Made by a program: the position numbers and the translations under genes. Of a stretch of DNA of 64,000 nucleotides, positions 26,376 to 34,483 are shown piece after piece. The notes below the pieces were generated by a model. The model was not told the DNA's origin, ran no database searches, and saw only the letters and a program-made list of their open reading frames with translations. Every line of letters starts with the position of its first letter. Position 1 is the stretch's first letter. The stretch spans positions 250,989 through 314,988 of the forward strand of contig VGBR01000001.1 in the NCBI GenBank assembly GCA_016870355.1. Direction: 5' to 3'. This stretch comes from Actinomycetota bacterium (GTDB taxonomy: Bacteria; Actinomycetota; Acidimicrobiia; IMCC26256; PALSA-555).

Positions 26376-26595
26376 CGCACGCCCCACACGCGTGGCGTCC
26401 GGATCGCTCACGTAGATCGTCACGCGTGCCGCAGAAGACGCACTTCGGCTCGTGACGGGAGAGGACGAGCTGTCCGTCGTTCACGGCGACGTCGAGCACG
26501 TCACCTTCTCGGATCCCGAGTGCATGGCGGAGGTCGGCGGGGAGCACCACCCGTCCGAGCGAGTCGACGCGGCGTGTTCGGTCCTGCGTGGTCAT
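26350..26595 (-). CDS. AbrB/MazE/SpoVT-family DNA-binding protein with a C-terminal CxxC...CxxC zinc-ribbon-like tail
   Basis: 81-aa tail of shadow ORF 26350..27168: RRVDSLGRVVLPADLRHALGIREGDVLDVAVNDGQLVL (swapped-hairpin AbrB motif), then CVFCG...CGAC. ATG at 26595. Confidence 0.7.
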   Translation of the reverse strand: MTTQDRTRRVDSLGRVVLPADLRHALGIREGDVLDVAVNDGQLVLSRHEPKCVFCGTRDDLRERSGRHACGACVSALDAAQ

Positions 26596-26709
26596 ATCCC
26601 TTTTGATCGGGCCAAAGGAGACAGGGCGGGCGACATGGCGTCGGTACTGTAAACCCGGATGAGAGTTTTTCGGGTGGCTTCGCCGCCCGGAAAATCGAGG
26701 AGACGAAGC

Positions 26710-28245
26710 TTGCGGAGTCGACCAGGAGAGGCGCAACCCTTTTACGTCACGACGCCGATCTACTACCCGAACGACGTGCCGCACATCGGGCACGCGTACA
26801 CGTCGGTCGCGGCGGACGCGTTGGCGCGCTGGCGACGCCTCTGGGGCGACGACGTCATGTTCCTCACCGGCACCGACGAGCACGGCCTGAAGATGCAGCG
26901 CACGGCCGAAGCCGAGGGGATCACGCCGCAGGAGCTCGTCGACCGCACGAGTCCAACGTTCCGCGAGCTCGCGACATCGCTCGACATCACCAACTCCGAC
27001 TTCATTCGCACCACTGAGCCGCGGCACCACGCCGCGGTGCAGCAGTTTCTCCAGAAGATCTACGACAACGGCTACATCGAGCTCGGCACCTACGAAGGTC
27101 TCTACTGCGTGTCGTGTGAGGCCTATTACACCGAGGACGAGTTGATGGACGGGAACTGCCCGATCCATGCGCGACCGGTCGAGCGAGTCACCGAGGACAA
27201 CTACTTCTTCCAGCTCTCACGCTTCGAGGACCGCTTGCTCGAACACTACGACGCGCGTCCTGAAGCGGTGCAGCCCGAGACTCGGCGCAATGAGGTGCTC
27301 GGCTTCATCAAACAGGGGTTGCGCGACTTCTCGGTCAGTCGCACGTCGATCACGTGGGGCGTGCCGCTGCCATGGGATCCGAAGCACGTCGCGTACGTAT
27401 GGGCCGACGCGCTCTTCAACTACTGCTCGGCAATCGGATACGCGACCGATCGCGAACGCTTCGACCGCTACTGGCCTGTCGACTACCACCTCATCGGCAA
27501 AGACATCCTACGGTTCCATGCCGTGTACTGGCCCGCGATGCTCTTCGCAGCCGACGAAGCGCCACCGAAGTGCGTCTTCGCCCACGGGTGGCTCCAGATC
27601 GGCGGCGACAAGATGAGCAAGACGCAGGGCAACGTGATCCGGCCCGCGGATCTCATCGAGGAGTTCGGCGTCGACGGTTACCGCTACCACTTCCTTGCGG
27701 ACCAGCGGTTCGGGCCGGATGGTGAGTTCAGCTACGAGAACATGCTGGCGCGCTACAACGCTGATCTCGCCAACAACTTCGGCAACCTTGCCAACCGGGT
27801 GTTGAACATGGCGGTGAGCTACTGCGAAGGCGTGGCTCCCGAAGCGCGCGCCGAGGGACCGTTGGTCGAGGCCAGTCGAGTCGCGTTCGACGGGGTGCAA
27901 GCAGCGATGGAGCACCTCGACTTCGCGCGTGCGTTCGGCGCGGTGTGGGACCTGATCCGCGCCGCGAACTCGTTCATCGAGGACCAGGAGCCGTGGAAGC
28001 TGCACAAGGCCGGTGACACGGCCGCAACTGCGGCCGTGCTGGGCGATTGCTTGGAGGCGCTGCGCATCGTCGCGTTGCTCGCGTCGCCGGTGATCCCGCG
28101 CGCCGCGGCCGAGCTGTGGACCCGGCTAGGGCTGGAAGGCGGGCCCGAAGATCAACGGCTGCCTGACGCGGCCGCGTGGGGGCTCGGTCCGAGCGGGACC
28201 AAGCTCGACAAGGGCGCACCGCTCTTCCCGCGCATCGAGTCCTGA
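26710..28245 (+). CDS. metG: methionine--tRNA ligase
   Basis: FYVTTPIYYPNDVPHIGHAYT (HIGH motif) and KMSKTQGN (KMSKS motif). The start is uncertain: TTG at 26710 lies 7 nt after GAGGAG, and the track start at 26659 is also possible. Confidence 0.9.
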   Translation: MRSRPGEAQPFYVTTPIYYPNDVPHIGHAYTSVAADALARWRRLWGDDVMFLTGTDEHGLKMQRTAEAEGITPQELVDRTSPTFRELATSLDITNSDFIRTTEPRHHAAVQQFLQKIYDNGYIELGTYEGLYCVSCEAYYTEDELMDGNCPIHARPVERVTEDNYFFQLSRFEDRLLEHYDARPEAVQPETRRNEVLGFIKQGLRDFSVSRTSITWGVPLPWDPKHVAYVWADALFNYCSAIGYATDRERFDRYWPVDYHLIGKDILRFHAVYWPAMLFAADEAPPKCVFAHGWLQIGGDKMSKTQGNVIRPADLIEEFGVDGYRYHFLADQRFGPDGEFSYENMLARYNADLANNFGNLANRVLNMAVSYCEGVAPEARAEGPLVEASRVAFDGVQAAMEHLDFARAFGAVWDLIRAANSFIEDQEPWKLHKAGDTAATAAVLGDCLEALRIVALLASPVIPRAAAELWTRLGLEGGPEDQRLPDAAAWGLGPSGTKLDKGAPLFPRIES

Positions 28246-29006
28246 TGTGGTTCGACAGCCACTGCCATGTGCAGTGGTCCGAGGGCGTCGACGCCACGAT
28301 CGAGCGCGCCCGTCAGGAGGGTGTCGTGGCCATGATCGTGGTGGGCACCGACGGTGCCACCTCGCGTGCCGCGGTCGATCTCGCCGCCCGTCACCCCGAT
28401 GTGTGGGCGACCGTCGGACTCCATCCTCATGACGCGTCGGCGTTCGTCGAGCAGTGGCCAGAGCTCGAGCAGCTCACCCGCGCGGATCGTGTCGTCGCCG
28501 TGGGTGAAGCTGGCTTCGACCTCCACTACCGGCACTCGGAGCCCGACGCGCAGGAGGCCGCGTTCCGTGCGCAGATCCGCTCGGCGCACGAGCTCGACCA
28601 CGCGCTCGTGATCCACTCGCGCGAGGCGTGGGACGAGACCTTCCGGGTGCTCGCCGACGAGGGCCCGCCCCCGCGCACCGTGTTCCATTGCTTCACCGGC
28701 GGACCTGAGGAAGCTCGACGCGCGCTCGACCTCGGCGCGCACCTCTCCTTCAGCGGCATCGTCTCGTTCCCGAACGCCGACGATGTGCGGGCCGCGGCCG
28801 CGATCTGCCCGGCCGATCGAGTCCTCGTGGAGACCGACGCGCCCTATCTCACTCCCGTTCCGCACCGGGGCAAGGAGAACGAGCCGGCGTACGTGGTCCA
28901 CGTCGGCGAAGCATTGGCCGAAGCAAGGGGCGAGCCTGCCGACGAGGTCGCACGCGCCACGACGGCGAACGCACGTAACGTGTTTGGGCTGGTCAGCGGG
29001 CCCTAG
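28245..29006 (+). CDS. tatD: TatD family metal-dependent DNase/hydrolase
   Basis: MWFDSHCHV...AVGEAGFDLHY...LVIHSREA...FHCFTG...LVETDAPYL. The ATG overlaps the metG stop by 1 nt. Confidence 0.9.
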   Translation: MWFDSHCHVQWSEGVDATIERARQEGVVAMIVVGTDGATSRAAVDLAARHPDVWATVGLHPHDASAFVEQWPELEQLTRADRVVAVGEAGFDLHYRHSEPDAQEAAFRAQIRSAHELDHALVIHSREAWDETFRVLADEGPPPRTVFHCFTGGPEEARRALDLGAHLSFSGIVSFPNADDVRAAAAICPADRVLVETDAPYLTPVPHRGKENEPAYVVHVGEALAEARGEPADEVARATTANARNVFGLVSGP

Positions 29007-29210
29007 AAAGGGCAGCCCGCCACCTGCCCGCCGTGACTGCGGTAGGTTCTCTCGAACCCCACGAGTCGTCTCGATCCGTCGCGGGCGCGTCGGCTCGGCA
29101 ACTGGAGGGCGGAGAGCATCAGCGAGTCCGAACCGCGCCGCGGACGTTTCCTGCATCGTCACGTCCGACGGCGAGCAACTCGTCCATCGAGCGCGCACGT
29201 TGCCGACGCC

Positions 29211-30848
29211 GTGCGTGAGTCCCCCGCGCGAGCTGAGCCGCATGACGCCACCGCGTGGCTCCCGCTGCCTGACTTCGCCGCGCTTCCCCCGCTCGACCGT
29301 CTGCTGATCCCGGATCCCGAGGTCGAGCACGCCGCTCCGCGCGACACGCCGGTGGGTGTGCCTTCGCCGGCGCGGGCTGAGCCGCACGACGCGACGGCGT
29401 GGCTCCCGCTGCCCGAGCTCGAGGAGCTCCCGTCGGTCGACGCGCTGCTTGAGCCCGACCCAACCGTCGAGCCGTCCGTTCCCCGCGAAGTACCGGTTGG
29501 TGTGCCGTCGCCGGCGCGGGCTGAGCCGCATGACGCGACGACATGGCTCCCGCTTCCCGAGTTGGATCCCGTGCCGGTCGGCGACGGGAACGGCGGAGGA
29601 CCACCGACTCGCTGGCATCGGCGCACCCGCCGCTTCCACATCCCGTACCGCGCGCTGCTCACGCTGACGGCAGTCGCGGGCACGTGCGCGGCGATCTACC
29701 TCGGGGTCACGGTCCTGCTCGACAAGGGCGCCGACGTCACGATCCGGGTGGATGGTCAGAGGATCTCGACCGAGACCAAGGTCGCGAAAGTCGCCGACGT
29801 GCTCGAGGACGAGGGCGTGCAGCTCGGCGAGTACGACCGCACCGTGCCCGACCCTTCCACGCCGATCGAGAACAAGCTCTCCGTGAAGGTCCTTCGTTCC
29901 TTCGCCGTGCCGGTGGCGTTCGACGGCACACCGACGACGATTCAGACCACCTATCGCGAGGCCGGCCAAGGCTTCATCGACGACGCGGCTGAGCAGCTCA
30001 GCCCGGGCGGGCGCATCGGCTTCCTTGATCCTCCGAATCGCATCACCGACTCGACTCCCGTGGTCGTGAACACCTTCAAGAGCGGAGTGCTTCTCGTCGA
30101 CGGCCAGACCATCGAGTACGACAGCCCTGCGCACACGGTGCGGGAGATGCTCGCGGACAATGGCATCACGCCCGGCGCGGGTGATGTGACCCGCCCACCC
30201 GGGCTCGATGATGTGCTCATGCCGATGAACTCCGACGGATCGCGGGTCGTGATCGCATTGATCCGCGTGCAGAACGAGACGATCGAAGTCGTCGAGCCGT
30301 ACACGTTGCCCGACGAGTTCCAACCGGACGCGAACATGGACGTCACCGCCCCGTACCGGTTCGTGGCCGGGAAGGGTGGGACGCAATTAGTCACGTACGT
30401 GCTGACGAACGAGAACGGCGTCGTGACCGGTCAGGCGCGCGTTGCATGGGCGCCGATCGACGTGGCGGTCGCGAACGTCACGTACTACGGCACGAAGTAC
30501 AACGAGCGGTGGGACAAGATCGCTCAGTGCGAGACCGGCAACGACAAGGACGGACTACCCTACGGACCGATGGGCAACTGGGATCACACCGGCTCCGGCA
30601 ACCGCGGCCCGAACACCTACCAGGGTGGTACCGGGATCTGGTCGGGCAACTGGGACGCGTATCGGAACGAGATCATCGCCGAGGGTCAATGGGGCGTCGC
30701 CGAAGCGTGGCCCAAGGACGCCAACCAAGCAACGAAGTGGCAGCAGATCATCGTGGCCGAGCGCATCAAGGACGACCACGGATGGGGCGCGTGGGGCTGC
30801 GGCAAGACCCTCGGGTACGCGAAGGAAGACGGCAAGCGGATCGTCTAG
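29211..30848 (+). CDS. rpfB: resuscitation-promoting factor RpfB-like protein (repeat-rich N-terminus, TM, DUF348 repeats, G5, divergent Rpf lysozyme-like domain)
   Basis: Synteny tatD-rpfB-rsmA-ispE. One TM (ALLTLTAVAGTCAAIYLGVTVLL). DUF348-like segments (VTIRVDGQRISTETKVAKVADVLEDEGV...). C-terminus WDKIAQCETG...GWGAWGCG matches the Rpf catalytic core. Confidence 0.8.
   Translation: MRESPARAEPHDATAWLPLPDFAALPPLDRLLIPDPEVEHAAPRDTPVGVPSPARAEPHDATAWLPLPELEELPSVDALLEPDPTVEPSVPREVPVGVPSPARAEPHDATTWLPLPELDPVPVGDGNGGGPPTRWHRRTRRFHIPYRALLTLTAVAGTCAAIYLGVTVLLDKGADVTIRVDGQRISTETKVAKVADVLEDEGVQLGEYDRTVPDPSTPIENKLSVKVLRSFAVPVAFDGTPTTIQTTYREAGQGFIDDAAEQLSPGGRIGFLDPPNRITDSTPVVVNTFKSGVLLVDGQTIEYDSPAHTVREMLADNGITPGAGDVTRPPGLDDVLMPMNSDGSRVVIALIRVQNETIEVVEPYTLPDEFQPDANMDVTAPYRFVAGKGGTQLVTYVLTNENGVVTGQARVAWAPIDVAVANVTYYGTKYNERWDKIAQCETGNDKDGLPYGPMGNWDHTGSGNRGPNTYQGGTGIWSGNWDAYRNEIIAEGQWGVAEAWPKDANQATKWQQIIVAERIKDDHGWGAWGCGKTLGYAKEDGKRIV
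29226..29585 (+). repeat. 144-nt tandem repeat (2.5 copies) inside the rpfB 5' coding region
   Basis: Units start at 29226, 29370 and 29514 (gcgcg[a/g]gctgagccgca[t/c]gacgc...). Each encodes PARAEPHDATAWLPLPE...VGVPSP with a 48-aa period. The third copy is partial. Confidence 0.85.
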
Positions 30849-30875
30849 TTCCGCTACCTACGTTTCATCCCGACG

Positions 30876-31697
30876 TTGCTGAGCCCTGCTGACATCTCCG
30901 CGTGCTTGCGCGCGCACGGTATCCGGCCGAGTCGGGCGTTAGGTCAGCACTTCCTTGCCGACCCGAACACCGCGCGCCGCATCGTGCGGCTCGCTGGTGT
31001 GACGGAAGGCGACCGAGTCCTGGAGATCGGACCTGGCGTCGGTTCCCTCACGCTCGCGCTGGCTGACGCGGGCGCACACGTCCACGCCTTGGAGATCGAC
31101 CGGCACCTGATTCCCGTGCTCGAGGAGATGTTGGAGGGGCGCGAACGCGTCGCCGTCGAGCAAGGCGACGCCCTCACGTGGGACTTCTTCACGCTGCGTG
31201 ACGCTCCTTGGTCGTGCGTGTCCAACCTCCCGTACAACATCGCGACGCCCGTGGTGCTGCGGGTGTTGGAGGAAGCGCACGCCGTGACGCGGATGATGGT
31301 GATGGTGCAACAAGAAGTCGGTGAGCGCCTGGCGGCCGCCCCTCGTACCAAAGCCTACGGAGCAGTAACCCTGAAGGTGGAATACCGAGCCACGGCGCGT
31401 ATCGTCGGGTCGGTGCCCCCCACCGTGTTCGTGCCGCGACCGAAGGTCGACTCCGCGCTCGTGATGCTCGAGCGTCGAACGACGCCGCCAGTCGACGTGC
31501 CTTCATCGGAAGGACTCTTCGCGTTGGTGAACGCCGGCTTTTCGCATCGCCGCAAGATGCTGCGCCGCGCGCTGACGCCGGTGCTCGGTGATCGGACGGC
31601 CGACGTGCTCGTATCCGCGGGAATCGCGCCGAGCGCGAGGGCAGAAGAGCTCGATCTGGGGGCGTGGGCAGCTGTGGCGCGGGCGGTCGCTGGGTGA
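30876..31697 (+). CDS. rsmA: 16S rRNA (adenine1518-N6/adenine1519-N6)-dimethyltransferase
   Basis: LGQHFLADPNTARRIV...VLEIGPGVGSLT...SNLPYNIATP. KsgA/RsmA motifs. TTG start. Confidence 0.9.
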   Translation: MLSPADISACLRAHGIRPSRALGQHFLADPNTARRIVRLAGVTEGDRVLEIGPGVGSLTLALADAGAHVHALEIDRHLIPVLEEMLEGRERVAVEQGDALTWDFFTLRDAPWSCVSNLPYNIATPVVLRVLEEAHAVTRMMVMVQQEVGERLAAAPRTKAYGAVTLKVEYRATARIVGSVPPTVFVPRPKVDSALVMLERRTTPPVDVPSSEGLFALVNAGFSHRRKMLRRALTPVLGDRTADVLVSAGIAPSARAEELDLGAWAAVARAVAG

Positions 31698-32605
31698 ACG
31701 AGCTCACCACGGCAAGCCGCCTCGGTCGAGTGCGCGCGACGGCGTACGCGAAGCTCACGCTCTCGCTTCGCGTCGAGTCACTCCGCGACGACGGCTTCCA
31801 CGACATCGAGGCGTTCGCGGTGTCGATCAGCGATCCCCACGACGTTGTCGAGGTGCAGGCGGTGCCGCACCCCGGGGGTGTCACGTTCGAGATGCGCGGT
31901 GAGACCGACGGGGTATTCGACGGGATGAAGAACCTCGCGGCGCGTGCGGCCGATGAGCTGCTCGTGCACGCAGGGCGTTCCGGGCACGGAGTCAAGCTGA
32001 TCCTGAGCAAGAAGATCCCCGCTGGTGCCGGGTTGGGCGGCGGCTCCGCTGACGCGGCCGCGACGCTCGTCGCACTCCGCAAGATGCTCGAGATCGACGT
32101 CGACGATGCCGGCCTCCAGAAGGTCGGGACGCGCTTGGGTTCCGACGTGGTGTTCTGCCTTGCGGGTGGCGCCGCGTGGATGCGAGGCCGGGGCGAGCGA
32201 CTCGAAGCGGTGTCCATGCCGATCGGCATCCCGTTCCTGGTGGCGCTCCCGCCCTTCCGACTCCAGACCGCGGACGTGTACCGAGCGTGGGACGACCTCG
32301 GTCGACCGAGCGCGACCCGTCGCGTCGAAGCGGCGCGTGAGGTCGCAACCGTGCTCCCTGAGCTGGCGAACGATCTCGAGCCCGCGGCGGAAGCCGTCGA
32401 GCCGCGCCTCGCTCCGTTCCGCGAAGCGCTCGAAGCTGCCGCGCAAGCACCCGCGTTGATGGCGGGCAGCGGGTCGGCCTACGTGGTCCAGGTCGGGCCG
32501 GACAGGGATCTCGCGTCGTACGCGCGCAGCGTCCGACGCAAGCTGCGAGTGCCAGTCACCGCCGCGTCCACGGTCTCGCGAGGCGTCCGCCTCGGCACCG
32601 GCTGA
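31694..32605 (+). CDS. ispE: 4-(cytidine 5'-diphospho)-2-C-methyl-D-erythritol kinase
   Basis: AYAKLTLSLRV...KKIPAGAGLGGGSADAAA (GHMP kinase motif). GTG at 31694 overlaps the rsmA stop (GTGA). Confidence 0.9.
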   Translation: MNELTTASRLGRVRATAYAKLTLSLRVESLRDDGFHDIEAFAVSISDPHDVVEVQAVPHPGGVTFEMRGETDGVFDGMKNLAARAADELLVHAGRSGHGVKLILSKKIPAGAGLGGGSADAAATLVALRKMLEIDVDDAGLQKVGTRLGSDVVFCLAGGAAWMRGRGERLEAVSMPIGIPFLVALPPFRLQTADVYRAWDDLGRPSATRRVEAAREVATVLPELANDLEPAAEAVEPRLAPFREALEAAAQAPALMAGSGSAYVVQVGPDRDLASYARSVRRKLRVPVTAASTVSRGVRLGTG

Positions 32606-32613
32606 CCCAGAGC

Positions 32614-32666
32614 GGGTTTTCGGCACGCTGAACAACACAGAGTTGGGTTGAACGTGCCGAAAACCC
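32614..32666. terminator. long perfect hairpin between convergent ispE and the bS22 gene
   Basis: 14-bp perfect inverted repeat gggttttcggcacg (32614-32627) / cgtgccgaaaaccc (32653-32666) with a 25-nt loop. Confidence 0.55.
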
Positions 32667-32701
32667 GGAGCGACGGGCTGGCGAAGACGCGGAGGTGTGC
32701 G

Positions 32702-32803
32702 CTAGCGACCCTGCTGGCGACGCTGCCAGCGGGTCTTCTTCAGAAGCTTCTTGTGCTTCTTCTTGCGCATGCGCTTGCGGCGCTTCTTGATGAGAGAGCC
32801 CAT
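32702..32803 (-). CDS. 30S ribosomal protein bS22 (33 aa), below the ORF-track size cutoff
   Basis: MGSLIKKRRKRMRKKKHKKLLKKTRWQRRQQGR matches the actinobacterial bS22 (AURKAIP1/COX24-like) mini-protein pattern MGSVIKKRRKRM.KKKHRKLL. It is the tail of shadow ORF 32702..33178. Confidence 0.75.
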   Translation of the reverse strand: MGSLIKKRRKRMRKKKHKKLLKKTRWQRRQQGR

Positions 32804-32881
32804 GTCGGCCAAGCAACCTACATCACGCATCGGAACGTCGCCGAAATCGCGTCGGTCGACGGGTAGGGTCGAGTCAACCGG

Positions 32882-32952
32882 TCGGGGGTGGTGTAACGGA
32901 AGCACGGGGTCCTTTGGAGTCCCAAGTCGAGGTTCGAAACCTCGCCCCCGAG
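32882..32952 (+). tRNA. tRNA-Gln (anticodon UUG)
   Basis: Manual cloverleaf. Acceptor tcggggg/cccccga. D arm gtgt-aacggaa-gcac. Anticodon arm gggtc-cTTTGga-gtccc with one U-U mismatch. T arm cgagg-ttcgaaa-cctcg. No encoded CCA. Confidence 0.8.
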
Positions 32953-33053
32953 CGCCGAACGAGTGAGGTGGCCGTGAGCGAAGCGAACAGGGGAGTGAAC
33001 GGCCCGAAGGGCGGCCGCAGGTACCCTGCGGCCGAGCGAGCGAGCCGATAGAG

Positions 33054-34478
33054 ATGGCGTACCGGCCGTTGTCGGCGGTGGTGTTGGCCGCGGGTGAGGG
33101 CACCCGCATGAAGTCGGCCACGCCGAAGCTCCTCCACCCGCTGTGTGGGCGGCCGATGCTGCTGCACGTGCTCGACACGCTCGTGGCGCTGCCACTCGAG
33201 CGGATCGTCGTCGTCGTCGGTCACGGCGCCGAAAGCGTCACCAAGACCGTGCAAGAGCTGCTCGCCACTGAGATTCCGATCGAGTTCGTCGAGCAACGCG
33301 TGCAACGCGGCACGGGCGATGCCGCGAGCGTCGGGCTCACCGCGTTCGCCGACACGCTCGACGCCGAGGACGACGTGCTCGTGCTCGCCGGCGACGTTCC
33401 TCTCCTTCGTTCCGAGTCGCTCGCCGAGCTCGCCACCGAGCACCGGTTGGCCGATTCCGCCGCGACGATGCTCACCGCGCACCTCGACGACCCCACCGGT
33501 TATGGCCGAGTGATCCGTGACGCGCGCGATGCCGTCGAGCGCATCGTCGAGCAGCCGGACGCCAATGACGCCGAGCTCGAGATCACCGAGATCAATCCTT
33601 CGATCTACTGCTTCCGCCGCGCGTTCCTCGCGCCGGCGCTGCGGCGGCTCAGCCCCGAGAACGCGCAGGGCGAGTACTACCTCACCGACGTGATCGCGGT
33701 GCTGCGCCAGGCCGGTCACCTCGTGACGGGTGTCCCGTCAGTCGACGCGACTGAGACGCTCGGCGTCAACGATCGCGCCCAGCTCGCAGCGGCTGAGACG
33801 ATCCTGCGTGCGCGCATCAACGAGAGGTGGATGCGTGAGGGCGTCTCGATGGTCGACCCCGCGCGCACGTACATCGAAGCCATGGTGGAGCTCGAGCCTG
33901 AAGTGCAGCTCCTCCCTGGCACGATCCTGGAAGGGCGGTCGGTCGTGGGCCGCGGCACTGTCATCGGTCCCGATTGTCGGCTCGTCGACACGATCGTCGG
34001 CTCCGATGCCACTGTCACGTACACGGTGGCGCGGGAGAGCGAGATCGGTGACCGCGCGACCGTCGGCCCGTACGCCTCCTTGCGGGCCGGTTCGCACATC
34101 GCCGCCGACGCGCATGTCGGCACGTTCGTCGAGATCAAGAACGCGGAGATCGCCGAGGGTGCGAAGGTTCCGCACCTCGCGTACATCGGTGACGCAGAGA
34201 TCGGCGCGCGCGCCAACATCGGTGCTGGCACCATCACGGCCAACTACGACGGTCGCGACAAGCACCGCACGGTCGTCGGTGCTGACGCGCGCATCGGGTC
34301 GAACACGGTGTTGGTCGCGCCGGTTGAGGTGGGCGACGGCGCGTACACGGGCGCCGGCGCTGTCGTCACTGGCGATGTGCCCGCGGGTGCGTTGGCCAAG
34401 GGTGTGCCGGCGCGCATCGAAGAAGGTTGGGCGAACCAGAAGGTGTCCGACGTAGATCTCGACGACGGCGAGGAGTAA
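33054..34478 (+). CDS. glmU: bifunctional UDP-N-acetylglucosamine diphosphorylase / glucosamine-1-phosphate N-acetyltransferase
   Basis: AVVLAAGEGTRMKSATPKLLHPLCGRPML N-terminus and C-terminal left-handed beta-helix hexapeptide repeats. Confidence 0.93.
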   Translation: MAYRPLSAVVLAAGEGTRMKSATPKLLHPLCGRPMLLHVLDTLVALPLERIVVVVGHGAESVTKTVQELLATEIPIEFVEQRVQRGTGDAASVGLTAFADTLDAEDDVLVLAGDVPLLRSESLAELATEHRLADSAATMLTAHLDDPTGYGRVIRDARDAVERIVEQPDANDAELEITEINPSIYCFRRAFLAPALRRLSPENAQGEYYLTDVIAVLRQAGHLVTGVPSVDATETLGVNDRAQLAAAETILRARINERWMREGVSMVDPARTYIEAMVELEPEVQLLPGTILEGRSVVGRGTVIGPDCRLVDTIVGSDATVTYTVARESEIGDRATVGPYASLRAGSHIAADAHVGTFVEIKNAEIAEGAKVPHLAYIGDAEIGARANIGAGTITANYDGRDKHRTVVGADARIGSNTVLVAPVEVGDGAYTGAGAVVTGDVPAGALAKGVPARIEEGWANQKVSDVDLDDGEE

Positions 34479-34483
34479 GCCGC

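Noticed and set aside
29007-29210. Possible c-di-AMP (ydaO-type) riboswitch in the 204-nt leader of the rpfB-like gene, since such riboswitches precede some actinobacterial rpf genes.
   Set aside because: I could not find the conserved ydaO cores (GGGGUGAAUC, CAGCUAACCUCG) by eye. Only vague resemblances (ccgaacc, gguagg) are present. An Infernal scan with RF00379 would be needed to settle it.
28152-30386. Very long minus-strand ORF (744 aa). Similar giant ORFs occur at 35585..37630 (-, 681 aa), 51878..53962 (+, 694 aa), 24000..25364 (-) and 58970..60214 (-).
   Set aside because: They lie antisense to genes with unmistakable homology (tatD/rpfB, ctc/pth/mfd, plsC/MATE, ychF-like, SBP). They have Arg/Pro/Gly-rich low-complexity composition typical of stop-poor shadow frames in high-GC DNA. 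Only the 3' tail of 51878..53962 was kept as a possible real gene.
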